From NCBI GenBank assembly GCA_964106645.2, contig OZ067038.1: a stretch of DNA of 64,000 bases; one strand, given 5' to 3'. The notes under the pieces are model-generated. The model was not told where the DNA came from, did no database searches, and saw only the letters and a list, made by a program, of their open reading frames with translations. This document shows, in pieces, positions 35,801-47,646 of this stretch. The stretch is from Podarcis pityusensis (Eukaryota). The first letter of the stretch is position 1; each line of letters opens with the position of its first letter. A program made the translations under genes and the position numbers.

Positions 35801-38800
35801 TATCTGTTTTTCTGCCCTTCCTTGAGGAAGTGTGCAGTAATGTACATAGGGCTATTCCATTTTGTCTTCACAATTTCTCTTGTGAGATGTCGTAAGCTTA
35901 GATAGAATGGTTTGCCCAAGTGAGTTTCATGCCTCCAGCAAGTTATTTGTGGTTGTGTTCACTTCGCTATCTGGTGGAGGGTAGGCAGTAGACTCTCCCC
36001 TGCCTGAACTGTGCTCCATGGAACTTTTGTGTTCCACGCCATCTTTTCAGCGGAATTATTCAAGGCTTCCTATTCTGCAGCAAAGAGCTGAAGTGGAATG
36101 ATGGGAAATTCCCCACACAGTTAAATCCAGAGGACACAGGTGTGGCCATGACAATGTGAGATGGGGATGATTTGTCTTAGCAGAGGCAGGGTGAATTCAT
36201 TGGAAAGAAAAAAGGTGACAGGACAGAATATCAGAATGCCACAAATGTTTATAGGTGTGTAAATGTGATAGCTCTACAGTCAGCACACCATCTTAATACC
36301 GTTTATTGAGGCAGCCAGTGATGCTTCTGGCATTTACTGGGATTTTAGACAGTTTAGAACTAGCTGCATCTTCAGAGATCATAATATAGCTAAGCTGGCT
36401 ACAAGGCAAAAACATTCTTCACTAATTTCAAAACTCTGTCTGAGTTTGATTTGTGTGTCAGCTGACTACCGTAGCCACTTGTGAATGCCTCTGGGCAAAG
36501 TTTGCTGCCTTTGTTTACATTACCTTGACAACCGAGGGGAGTGGTTGCTACTTCAGGTCAGGTCAGGGTACACCACAAACGTTAGGTAGGGGTGTAGTTA
36601 TCTTGAAGCCAGGGCTCCTGGATGAAGTGTTGAGCAGGAAAAGGGAAAGAAAAACACTATCTTTGCTGAAATGCATGATGAAAAATAGTTTTGCTGATGA
36701 CAACATTGTTCTTTGCAAGCCCTTGCCCAGCCTCTCTGATGTTGTAATCTAAAAAGGGCTGTGGGAAAGCAAATAAAAATTATATGCTTAGATCATGGGA
36801 AAGCATAAGGTAGAGCAACATCTATAGAAATCTGAAATAGGGTAATTAAATGGTTTGTTCACTGTGGCCACATCTGGTCTAAAAGAAGCAATATGTTTGT
36901 TAACTCCTTTTCCAAGCAGGTTCACTGGTGTTATCCATGTGTTTAAATCAGTGTATGATTTATAACTGCATCCAAGGCATGCTCCTTCATTATTTTTGGT
37001 GGCAGATAATTGATGCAGTTAAACAGGTAGTTGGGCTGCCTTGTCTTTCGATTTTCCATCCTTAGCTGTGACCTGGAAAAAAATGGCGACAGCGTTCAAG
37101 CACATGCAAGCCATGTGTTTGCAGTTTCTTTTTCCTCGTTTCAGATGAACTCAGAATATTTTTCTCCCAAGGTCTTTGTGCTTTGTATAGGCTAAAGTCT
37201 GTGCGTTGTAAACTCTTGATAACTGGGGCTTTATTTATTTTTCCATGGCTAAGATTGGGATGTGAGGGTGATCTACCTGTGACATTTGTCACCCCGTTGA
37301 TCACCAGGGTCGATTTGGCTAATTGGCTGGCTAGGCAGGTGTCACCTTCCTCCCTTACCACTCCATGTACATCCCTCCCGAAGCTGGATACTCGGTGGAA
37401 GAGGACAACCATCCCAGATAAAAGGAGCGTACTGTTCTTTGGTCAAAGGTATAGGATAGCTAAGATTGGTGTCACATTTCACTCTTATCCTCTCCCCATC
37501 GTTCCATGAGGTGGATGGTGACTGTTTGAAATGGAAGAGCCCTTCTATACTTGTAAAAAAAATACCTGTGCATTTTAAAACCTGGAAAATGTGTGGGGAG
37601 CCTCCAGCAGTAGAGCAGTTCACCAGTTTACACACACAAACCAGCTTGGGGTGGGTGGGAACTGGATTGACTACAGGGGATGGAGGTAATGGAATCACTT
37701 TAATATATCACCATCTGAGGATCATTGCCAGACTCTCCCATATGGTAAGTTAACCTGGAACCTGCTTGCCTTAGGAGGGCTGTTGTCTGTAACCATTCCA
37801 CCCTCCCCTTTGTTCTCAGATGGTCCTTGGATTTCCCCATAGTGACCAAGTTAGCACAGGCTTCAGCACACCAACCTTGTGTGTCTGGAGGCTTTTTGCA
37901 GATGCAGGATCCTGGAAGGCCTCTACATTCAAAGCCTTCTCCACATCAGATGCCACTGCTAGCGCGCGCACGCCTTGGATGGGGCGGGACTGAGAGGAGC
38001 TGTGTGGTCCCATTGGCTGCATTGCTTAAAGGCATGACCCACGAGCCCGTGGTAATATTGTTTTGCCTTTTCATGCACGTTAACATGTGAAGATCTCTAA
38101 GGTGTGCTGGCATTATGATAGTTGCCTATAGGAAACCCTTAAACAAGACCTGATTGAAACCGCACTCTCCCCACCTGTGATACAAGCATCCGTCTACAGA
38201 GGCATACTGCGCTGTCACCTCTATTCCTAAACATTTATGCTGGCATAGTGATGATCAAAACATATCACGATTTGCAGCGATTTACTAGTGCTGTAGTCTG
38301 TAGGCCTGATCCAGTGCAAGTTGCAGCATTTGGGGTGTTTAGTGTCTTTATGAAACTTCTCTCAAGCAAGCAGCACAACACTATTGTGTGTGTGTGTTTT
38401 AATGGACGTACAGAAAAGTTGTACTTGCGTGCTCAACCTCGGGCAGAAATGCAAAAAAAGTAGTGTATCCCATCAATAGTGTGTCTAGACAACCTGCTTA
38501 TTAAGCATTCATTTTGATTTGTTTGCAGGAAGGAAATAAGACATTGCATCAAAGGAAGTGTTACCCAACACTTTCCAGTGCATTTTCCTGTCACTTATCC
38601 TTACTGCAAAAAATCCAATATTTTGGAGAAGTAGATTTCTTGAGAAAGAGCTCCCAGCCAGCGATAATTGTGCAACCTGAGTTTGCCGGTATATGATTGC
38701 ATCCCACCCAAAAATAGCACCAGTCTGGAAGCACCCCAGGTGTAAAGAACACATGTTTGTAGAGAAAAGTGTGTGGCTTTTAAATTACTTTGAAACAGCA

Positions 38801-39248
38801 GCCAGGAAATGGCACACCGTAGCTTCTGAGTCGCCACCCTCTTTTCTTCTTCTTTGAAGGACACCTAAATGTGGCTTGGACCCTAATAAATTTTCCACCT
38901 CTTCCTACCCCTGCAGCTGTCATGGGGCCACTCTTGACCAATGTGAAATGACTAGGAGAGGATGCTGTCAGAGGGGGAAGTTGCCCCAAATTGGATGTTG
39001 CTACTCCTGGTTTTAGGGCAATTTCCACCTTCCACAGTAGCTCTCCCATGGTCCCATTGCACAGGAGCCACCACTTCCCAGTACACTGAAGAGAGATTTT
39101 CATGGGTGCAGGTGGCTGGGGGGGTGGAGAAGGGATCAGAAAACTGTCTTTCCATACACCATAGTTCTTGTGCATGCCCTTCACTCCTGGTGGGTTACGC
39201 ATGTAGATTATACTTGAGTGTGTCCACCAGATGTAAAGGGAGGCCTTA

Positions 39249-39939
39249 CCGTATTTTTCGCACCATAGGACGCACTTTTTCCCTCCTAAAAAGCAAGGGA
39301 AAATGTGTGTGCGTCCTATGGAGCGAATGCAGGGGGGAGGCAGGCGGGAAAAGCCCCCAAGAGCCGCACACAAGCTTCGTGCGCTCTTGCGGGCTTTTCC
39401 CCAGGAGGGAGAAGGGACTGACTGGCTGCATCCTTTGAAGCAGCAAAGTGGGGGAGGAGCAGCTTACACTCCACTAAGCAGCTTCTCTCCCACTTTCCTG
39501 TTTCAAAGTGGAGGGAATCCACTGCAGTTGCGAGCAGAGGATCCATGGCTCCACTTCCTTCCCTTGAAGCAGGGTGCAGGGGTGCAGGGGGGAAAGAGGG
39601 CAGGAAATAGATGCCGGGCAGGAAGACACAACCACACTTTGACCACTGGAAAGTCCACCTCAGCCTCCCCAGATTTCCACTGAGACGGCCAGGCTAATCT
39701 CAATGGCCATAAGTCAGGCTCAGCATTATTAACTGGACTTAGATAAGCCATGGTTCCCCTTCCTACCCTCCTCTGAGGCTCGATTTAAAGCAGCAAAGCG
39801 GACAGGAGCCGCCCGCTTTGCTGCATTAAATAGTTTAGTAGTGCAACATTTGATTCAGAATATTTTTGTGTGTGTTTTCCTCCTCTAAAAACTAGGTGCG
39901 CCCTATGGTCAGGTGCGCCCTATGGTGCGAAAAATACGG
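39249..39939 (+). mobile_element. Tc2/pogo-like non-autonomous element
   Basis: Perfect 20-bp TIR core ccgtatttttcgcaccatag and TA TSD. Confidence 0.9.
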
Positions 39940-40207
39940 TAATTACAGATAGATTCACTAACCATTACTTGGTTTTAGTTCATGTAGCTGAAGTGCTGTA
40001 AGTGATTTATTCCTATCAAACCACCACCACCACAACAACAACCAACACCAGTGAAAGATTTTCAGAGGTCTTATCTCTTGCACCAAGTAATAAAGGTGAG
40101 GAGGTTAGTTTAACAAATGCCCTCTTTAATATCTGCATCTTAAGCCAACGCTACTTTCCTGCACCACAATTTGTTCATGGTAGACATCAGTAGAAGATAA
40201 GATCTGT

Positions 40208-40430
40208 GGCAGCTGCGGTAGCGTAGTGGCTGAAAACCGGAGCCATAAATCTCGAAGTCTCTGGTTTGAGTCTCACCTCTGCCACAAATTCAGTAGGTAG
40301 CCTTAGGCTGGTCATGCTCTCTCAGTTATGGGAGGTAATAATACTGCCTTGCCTTGCAGTGTTGCCGCAGCAATTGCAACCTGATAAAGCTGGTGAACCT
40401 CTTTGAACAGTCTTTGCAATATGCATTTAA
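40208..40430 (+). mobile_element. Old tRNA-derived (MIR/CORE-like) SINE
   Basis: A box tagcgtagtgg, B-box-like ggtttgagtct and degenerate CORE-like body. Confidence 0.5.
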
Positions 40431-40546
40431 TGAACAGAATCAAAATTGGAAAGGATGCCCAAGGGAATTTAGTGCAACCCCTTGTTGTTGTTCGTATCAT
40501 TATACTATTAGTATGATCTGAAAGCATATGGAGCCATCACTTGGCT

Positions 40547-40630
40547 GAAGCTAAGCAGGTCTGGGTCTGGTTGGTGCGTTGGATGGGTTCCATGGTGGAA
40601 GGAAGATGGGACATAAATGTAAGAAGAAAA
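40547..40630 (+). mobile_element. 5S rRNA-derived SINE fragment
   Basis: gaagctaagcaggtctgggtctggttggtgcgttggatggg resembles the 5S internal control region, followed by a SINE/L2-like tail. Confidence 0.65.
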
Positions 40631-41363
40631 GTAAAAAAAATGTTCACCTGAAGTTAAATAGCAGACTTGTGCCAGAGGGAAGATGCCACTCAAGTCATGG
40701 GACCAAAATAATTCCAGCAAGGTTCAGTTCAGATCCTTTATGGTGATTGTTGTGTTTGTTACACTAGTTTCCATGAGACTTGGCATCACCGCACTCCTCC
40801 TCCAAAGAACTTGCCATTTTACCTGTAACTGTTACAGTATGTAATTATAGAGTTCTAAGACAGTATTTTAGAAACTTTGCTGCTGTAGCGAGGAATTTAT
40901 TTTACACTGACAACACCCAGTTGCTCTTGGTGATTATCTCTCTTTCTTTTCTCAGCAAAGACAACATCCAAACAGGGATTGCTGTTGTGTTTGTTACCGT
41001 TAAGATATTAATATATTGCATTGATCAGCCTGGACAATGTATAAAGTTGAGTGTCAAATTTGCTCTCAAATGAAAGCCTGCTGCTTACTTTATTTCTACC
41101 CTGTAGGGTGCTGCTTTGACATTTTGTGATGGCTGGATTTTAGAACACCTTTTGGGTTCCAAGCTGAAACTGATACTTCTGGCGCATTCCAGTAAACCAT
41201 ATTTTTACCATGAGCATGCCCGAGAGGGCTCTTTGTCTCATCCCTCATTAGCGTTATGTCTGAACCAGGGATCTTGATTTGTTTTGTTCCTTAAAAAGCC
41301 ACAATCAGTAAATTTAGAACAAATATTGGCTGGCAGAGAGAAGTGAACTAACAGAAGTTAGCA

Positions 41364-41499
41364 CAGGCATCCCCAACCTTCGGCTCTCCAGATGTTTTGG
41401 ACTACAGTTCCCATCATCCCTGGCCACTGGTCCTGTTAGCAAGGGATCATGGGAGTTGTAGGCCAAAACATCTGGAGGGCTGCAGGTTGGGGATGCCTG
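41364..41499. mobile_element. Palindromic hAT MITE (caggcatccccaacc subfamily)
   Basis: Near reverse complement of the 5086 copy; TSD agttagca / gtttagca. Confidence 0.88.
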
Positions 41500-43180
41500 G
41501 TTTAGCAGGAACGTGCTGTCTTCCAGGGAGGAGATCACAGCTGTGTGACTTAATCTGTCATCTGAACCTAGGGGTCGTGGTTAAGCTCTCTTCTCCCTAA
41601 GTAAGTAAGATTTGTAACTAAAGTTTGTTCTTGGCTTAGCTTCCACGTAGTGCTGAATTATAAGGACCAAGGATGAGCAAAACAAGTGTGAGCTCCTCCT
41701 TGGGAGCCAGCACATTTGTGTAGTCTCAGTAAGCCATAGTTTGTCTTACCAGGACATGTGATCCAGACCAATGTATGCAATCTTAAGAGTGCAGTCTTCT
41801 GTTAAGAGTGCAGTCCTTTTTTCTTTTTACAACTTGTATATATATTGAAAGGCATATGATACGGTTGTGGTTTTTGTTTTTGTTTTTAAAGTGGATGTGC
41901 ATCGTGTGCATCTAAAATTTGGAAAATATGGATGTATTGAATCCTACACTATTCTAGGCATGTTACATATGATTAGAGTTAAGTTTGTGACAACTGATGC
42001 AGAAATTCAGTTCACTGCAGAAAATGGTTGCATAAATAGATTGTCCTTATTTGCAAATAATACTCTCTTGATGTATACACCTTTTTAATAATAGCACAAC
42101 AGTGGGAGAGGTTTTGTACACCAAAATTAGAAGTTACAAGACACCACAATTATCTCTTTGGTGTGCAATAGAACCCTTTTTCCAACCACATCTTTCACCA
42201 AGATCTATCTACTATATTAGAAACATGACTCCCACCTTATATTAGGGATGCAGAATCTGTAGTCTAGATGATGTTTGAGTATCACTCCAACATCCCTGGC
42301 CAGTGGCCTTGCTGGCTGCGGTTGGTGGCAGCTGCATTCCCACAGCATATGGAGAACTGCTGGTTCCCCATTCCCACCTCATTGTGCTTATGGTGTTGAA
42401 CAGTTGCTGTATGAGTGGGGTGGGGGAGAAAGACAAGTGAGCGACTTGGGTGAAATGGGCCTCAAAGTATGTGCTGGCAGTGGGAGAAAGAGCTGCAACT
42501 GGCCCTTCATTCCACCTTCCCTTCCAAGAATGACTCCATGAGGACATCATAATAAACTATGGAAGCCTAGGCAGACCTTGGGCTTACACTCTTCTCCTCC
42601 CCGTCTTCTCCTCCGAGATTGATAATTTCTGTCAGGGGGCCAAAATATTTTAGGAATATAGTCAATAAAATCAGTTCACAGTAGAATCTGGGATCTTGCC
42701 AGACTGGAACATTAAACCCTCTTACATGCAGCTGCATAAATTCAGCCCAGGGTTTCCCTTTGCAAGGCAAGCAGGAGCGTTAACATCTACTGGATTTGCT
42801 GCCGTTTTTATTTATCTAACAAATGGGAACAAGCTTTGGGAATTCTGCCTTGCATGTTATGTAATGATGAGGGGGGTTTAGGATGGGTATGACGTCAACT
42901 GCCTGATCCTTATCTAATAAACTGATCATTAAATACAGTCCAACAATTAACTTTTGAGCTGGACACTAAGAGTAGCTTTGAAACCTTTTTAATTTAATTG
43001 CAGCATCTGTCACAAGAACAGTCAGCTCTGTTCTTAATAATATGTGATTCATTTGCATATATTAACATTAGGATCATTGGCAATTCCCCCCTCTCCCCCT
43101 CCCCGCTCCACAGCATCACTTACTAATAAATGAACTTTGCTACTGTTTTTTTGTTTTAAACTTTTCTCCCTTTCTTTATC

Positions 43181-43182
<2 letters not shown>

Positions 43183-43216
<34 letters not shown>
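43183..43216. repeat. (AC)n microsatellite
   Basis: Seen directly. Confidence 0.95.
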
Positions 43217-43218
<2 letters not shown>

Positions 43219-45463
43219 TGGCCTTCCACGTTGTCACTGTAAATAGATTGCTGATGACCTGGCTGGAAGGTTGAAGCTGCCTATGTCAGAGTGACCTGGC
43301 TTTTGAACAGCAGCAGGAGATAAAATAGGTGTACACTAAGGTTTTGGGGACTTCGGTCACCCTTTTGAAAAGAATGCAAAGTTATATTTCCGTCATAATC
43401 AGACCAAGGTTGATATTTGTGAATGGCACCAGAAACTATTGCCAGCTTAAGCTAAGCAAAGAAAAATGCCCAGTGACAAATAAAAGATTGATACAGAATT
43501 TACTTTGTGTTACTTCCCTGCACCTAAAATGCAGCCTGGAATTACATTGTCCGAATTGTAGCACCTGTATCTAAAAGCACAGAGTTTTATAAACCACAAA
43601 AAGACTGGTTGCCTTTGGGGGAGTGGAGTGTGGTGTAAATAAATAAATAAATATAGGGACCGTATTTATTACTTAACTTTTCTATCCCAGTATTCTGTAC
43701 TAGGTGCAGAAGGAGGCCAACAACAAAATCTAAATTTAGAATATAATAAAGGCAGACATAACATAAATATAGCCAGAACAAAGAAAAGCATTAGCCAATT
43801 AAACTAAAACCAACAACTTAACCATTGTTACTCCAGCCGGCCAAAAGTGTACCTCAACTTACCTATTTTGGGAAGGCCTTTGGAGAAGGTGGAGACTGGT
43901 CTCCCCTAGAGAATGCAGCTGCTGAGAAACCTTTTCTCCAATGGAAAGCCTTGGCTCAGTGGTAGACAACGCACTTTACATGCAGAAGGTCCCGGGTTCA
44001 GTCCTTGGCATCTTCAGGTGAGGAAGATCTCTGTCTGAAACCCAGGAAAGGTGTGTGAGAAAGAGCTTCATGGTAGGAACAGTGCAGTCTGTGGCTGTTT
44101 GGCCCAGATGTGTCTAGTCCTCAAATGCTGGCTAAGGGAACAGGATCTAGATTCAAGGCTCTGCAAGACTATTTGCATATTCTTGGCCTTCTAAAGTCTA
44201 ACATCCACAGTGTGTGAACTCCTCTTTGTCCAACTCCCCACGGCGTGTACCAGTTTTTACTGTGCTGAATCACATGCTGCAACTTAACCGTCCAAATGGT
44301 TCAGTGGGTATGATGCCCAGTGTTTTCTATATTCCAAGAGCTAATAACTTTTTTGGTGTATGTGCAAGGGAGGTTACAGTTCACTTTTCCCTTGTGGGGT
44401 TTTGCTTCCTGCAACAGCACATTGATGAACCAATAAAGACTAAATTTAAAGTCGAAGTGTAGTCTTTGTGAACAAAGTATGGATTTATTAAAGCATTGTT
44501 CTGTTCTGTTGCTGGTGCTTGGCTGATGCTGATTTCTCTGTTTGCAAACAGAGAGACATTCCCAAATTATTATTGACATCAGTGGAAATTGCACATTTGT
44601 TTAAAGTTCTGACAGTTTTATTGAAATTGTGAAAATCTTGGTTTGCCAGCAAAGAACAAAACCACTGATGGGATGTACTTAACTATCTTAATGTTTCTAC
44701 CAAACAGTATTTAATGGATCACTTCTTTACATGATTATTGCAGCTGCTTTATTCTGAGCATGCCACATAATATATATTTCTTTTAAATTAATGCAACTGC
44801 AAAAGAGAGGCTTTCTCTTATTTATAAGATTATATCTGGATACAATGAAATCCACACACATTCAGAAATTTCAGGCTACCTTGTGAACTCTGTGCATGCA
44901 CAGAATTAACACCAGGTGTAGTGAGTTATGATTTCTTTAAACTCAATTCCAGAGCTCAAATGCTGGTCTGCAGCAATAAAATGATGCACGTTTGGTGTGA
45001 CTCTTCGTGGCTAATGAGCTTATTTGTGTCCTACTTTGTGGTGCAGAATGGAAACTGAGAATATACTTATTTCTCCCAATTTGTAGCTCACATTTCATCA
45101 CACCACTTTGATGCCAGGACTATTGCCCAGACCTAATGACATTTTAATATGAGAGGCTGCATGTGATCCAGGGGAGGGCAGACTTCTACTTTGTGTTTTA
45201 CTAGAACCCCAAGCTCCTCCAGCTAGAACCAGGTACAAAACTTAGAATAGTTTTGTACAGGGATATGTTCTGTGTACCATAACTAAGATTAGTTTACTGT
45301 CCTTCCACATGCAAACCTAGTTACTGAAGCTTTTTTCATTTCATCTATCTAATTAATTTAGGGGAGGGAGAGTCATTTCTATTTTTAAGCAGTTTGGAGT
45401 TGAAAATCCTTTCTGATCTACTGCAGATCACCCAGAGACCTGCCAGTATATCCTGATACCTCC

Positions 45464-45705
45464 TTGGATTTGGATTTGATATCCCGCCTTTCACTCCCTT
45501 TAAGGAGTCTCAAAGCGACTAACATTCTCCTTTCCCTTCCTCCCCCACAACAAACACTCTGTGAGGTGAGTGGGGCTGAGAGACTTCAGAGAAGTGTGAC
45601 TGGCCCAAGGTCACCCAGCAGCTGCATGTGGAGGAGCGGAGACGCGAGCCCGGTTCACCAGATTACGAATCTACCGCTCTTAACCACTACACCACACTGG
45701 CTCTC
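45464..45705 (-). mobile_element. tRNA-derived SINE (Squam3-like)
   Basis: Reverse strand begins gagagccagtgtggtgtagtggttaagagc. Near-identical copy at 57198. Confidence 0.88.
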
Positions 45706-45833
45706 CTTCCCATTCTTGGTCTACTTCATGCATCCAACCAAAGCAGTCTGTTGCATATGGAAGCTTGCACTAACTAGTGCTTTGTATCTGTATGTATGAG
45801 TATACACAGAGGTGCCCAATGAAATACTTAAAG

Positions 45834-46075
45834 CAGGGGTCAGCAACCTTTTTCAGCCATCCCTCAGACCATGTGGTGGGCCGGACGATATTTTGAAAAA
45901 ATAAATAAAAAATGAACGAATTCCTATGCCCCACAAATAACCCAGAGATGCATTTTAAATAAAAGCACACATTCTACTCATGTAAAAACATGCTGATTCC
46001 CAGACCATCTGCGGGCTGGATTGAGAAGGCGATTGGGCCACATCCGGCCTATGGACCTTAGGTTGCCTACCCCTG
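45834..46075 (+). mobile_element. hAT (Charlie/OC1-like) MITE
   Basis: caggggtcagcaacc / ggttgcctacccctg with perfect TSD acttaaag. Confidence 0.9.
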
Positions 46076-46931
46076 ACTTAAAGTAATGCCCAGAGTCCAG
46101 AGTTAGGTTTTGATTATAGCAGGAAACATCTGCTATACAAAGAAGCAAATTTGTCGACCAGTCAATATATGTCTCGAGGTGTTTTGTGCAACATAATATA
46201 AAAACAGCCAAGCATCTTTTGTGCTGGATTTTTCTCTTAATGTAATTTCCTTCAGTAAGAGAATAGAGAGCATGTTCTTGGGATCATTTTGCTTGGCAGC
46301 ACACAGAGAAGAAGAGAAGGGCTTTTTTATTACTTCTCAGCTCCTTTGCACAAAGAAATATTGTTCTGCTTTTTATTTTTTAAAAAAGCTTAGTTACAAA
46401 TGCCTCCTGTCACAAGTCATAAGCATTCTGCTGTTTTGATATGGGCTGTAGTTGATACTGCAGCTTTATGAAATTATAGTACCAGACTCAATGAGCAAAA
46501 ACGCCGATCACTATAGGGCTTGTGCTTTTCTTTGTTTTTTTATTAGTTTACAGTTGTTTTCTTTGTGACATGATTTTTTAAAAAATGTCTTAGCACTATT
46601 GGGCGCTATGGCTACAAATTACCATACATTAAAATATTTCTCCCACACCAATGGATTGGCTTTTAGTAAAGCAAACATTTGATATCATGCCTCAGGAAAG
46701 AACATATTTTATCATGCAAGATGTGTTATAACCTAAAGAAAACTCTCTTAATTACAAAACTGTAGCTGCCATGCTGCTGTTAACATTGCATCGCCATTTT
46801 TATTATAAAACTACTGTGTCCATTACATAATGCCCTCAAATTTTTGTTTTTGCTGTCATGGTTTTAAATTCAATTTGAGAATGCCATCTATTAATACAAG
46901 CACATCTCTATATGTTTGGTTGAAGGTTTGA

Positions 46932-47646
46932 GTGTTGTTGTTGTTTACATTTATATACCACCCTTCAGGATGGTTCACAAGATAAAAACACAAAATAAAT
47001 AGTTAAAAACAAAAGACAATAAAACAAAAACACCTCCCACATTTAAAAGGCCACAGAATATTAATCAGCCACTGGCCTGGTTGAAGAGGAGCATTTTTCA
47101 AATGGTGCCTAAAGATGTACAGTGGTGCCCCGCAAGACGAATGCCTCGCAAGACGGAAAAACCGCTAGACGAAAGGGTTTTCCGTTTTGGAGTTGCTTCG
47201 CAGGACGAATTCCCCTATGGGCTTGCTTCGCAAGACGAAAATGTCCTGCGAGTCTTGAGATTTTTTTTCACTCCCCCCCCCCCTTTATCTAAGCTGCTAA
47301 GCCTTTAATAGCCTTTTAGCAGCTAATCCGCTAAGCCTTTAAGCCTTTAATAGCCGCTAAACCGCTAATAGCGCTAATCCGTTAAGCCGCTAATAGGGTT
47401 GCTTCGCAAGATGAAAAAACCGCTAGACGAAGATACTCGCGGAACGGATTAATTTCGTCTTGCGAGGCACCACTGTATCATGAAGGCAGCAGACAAACCT
47501 CCCTGGAAAGAGCGTTCCACGGACAGGGGGCCACTGCAGAAAAGGCCTGTTCTAGGGTTGCCATACTCCAGACCTCTTGTGGCATGAAGAAGGGCCTCAA
47601 AAGATGATCTCAGGTTGGTTTATATGGGGAGAGGTGGTCCTTGAGG
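46932..47646 (-). mobile_element. Old L2 3' fragment interrupted by a MITE
   Basis: gcgttccacggacagggggccactgcagaaaaggcc is the reverse of an AFSAVAPCPWNAL motif. (TTG)n tail at the left. Confidence 0.65.
47120..47475 (+). mobile_element. pogo/Tigger-like MITE family B
   Basis: Nearly identical to the 24122 copy; TA TSD. Confidence 0.9.

Noticed and set aside
41782-41814. 19-bp-period duplication of ttaagagtgcagtc
   Set aside because: Ordinary local slippage duplication with no further structure.
43943-44020. tRNA-like sequence with A and B boxes
   Set aside because: Cloverleaf stems are broken and it continues into a SINE body shared with 27241; not a functional tRNA.
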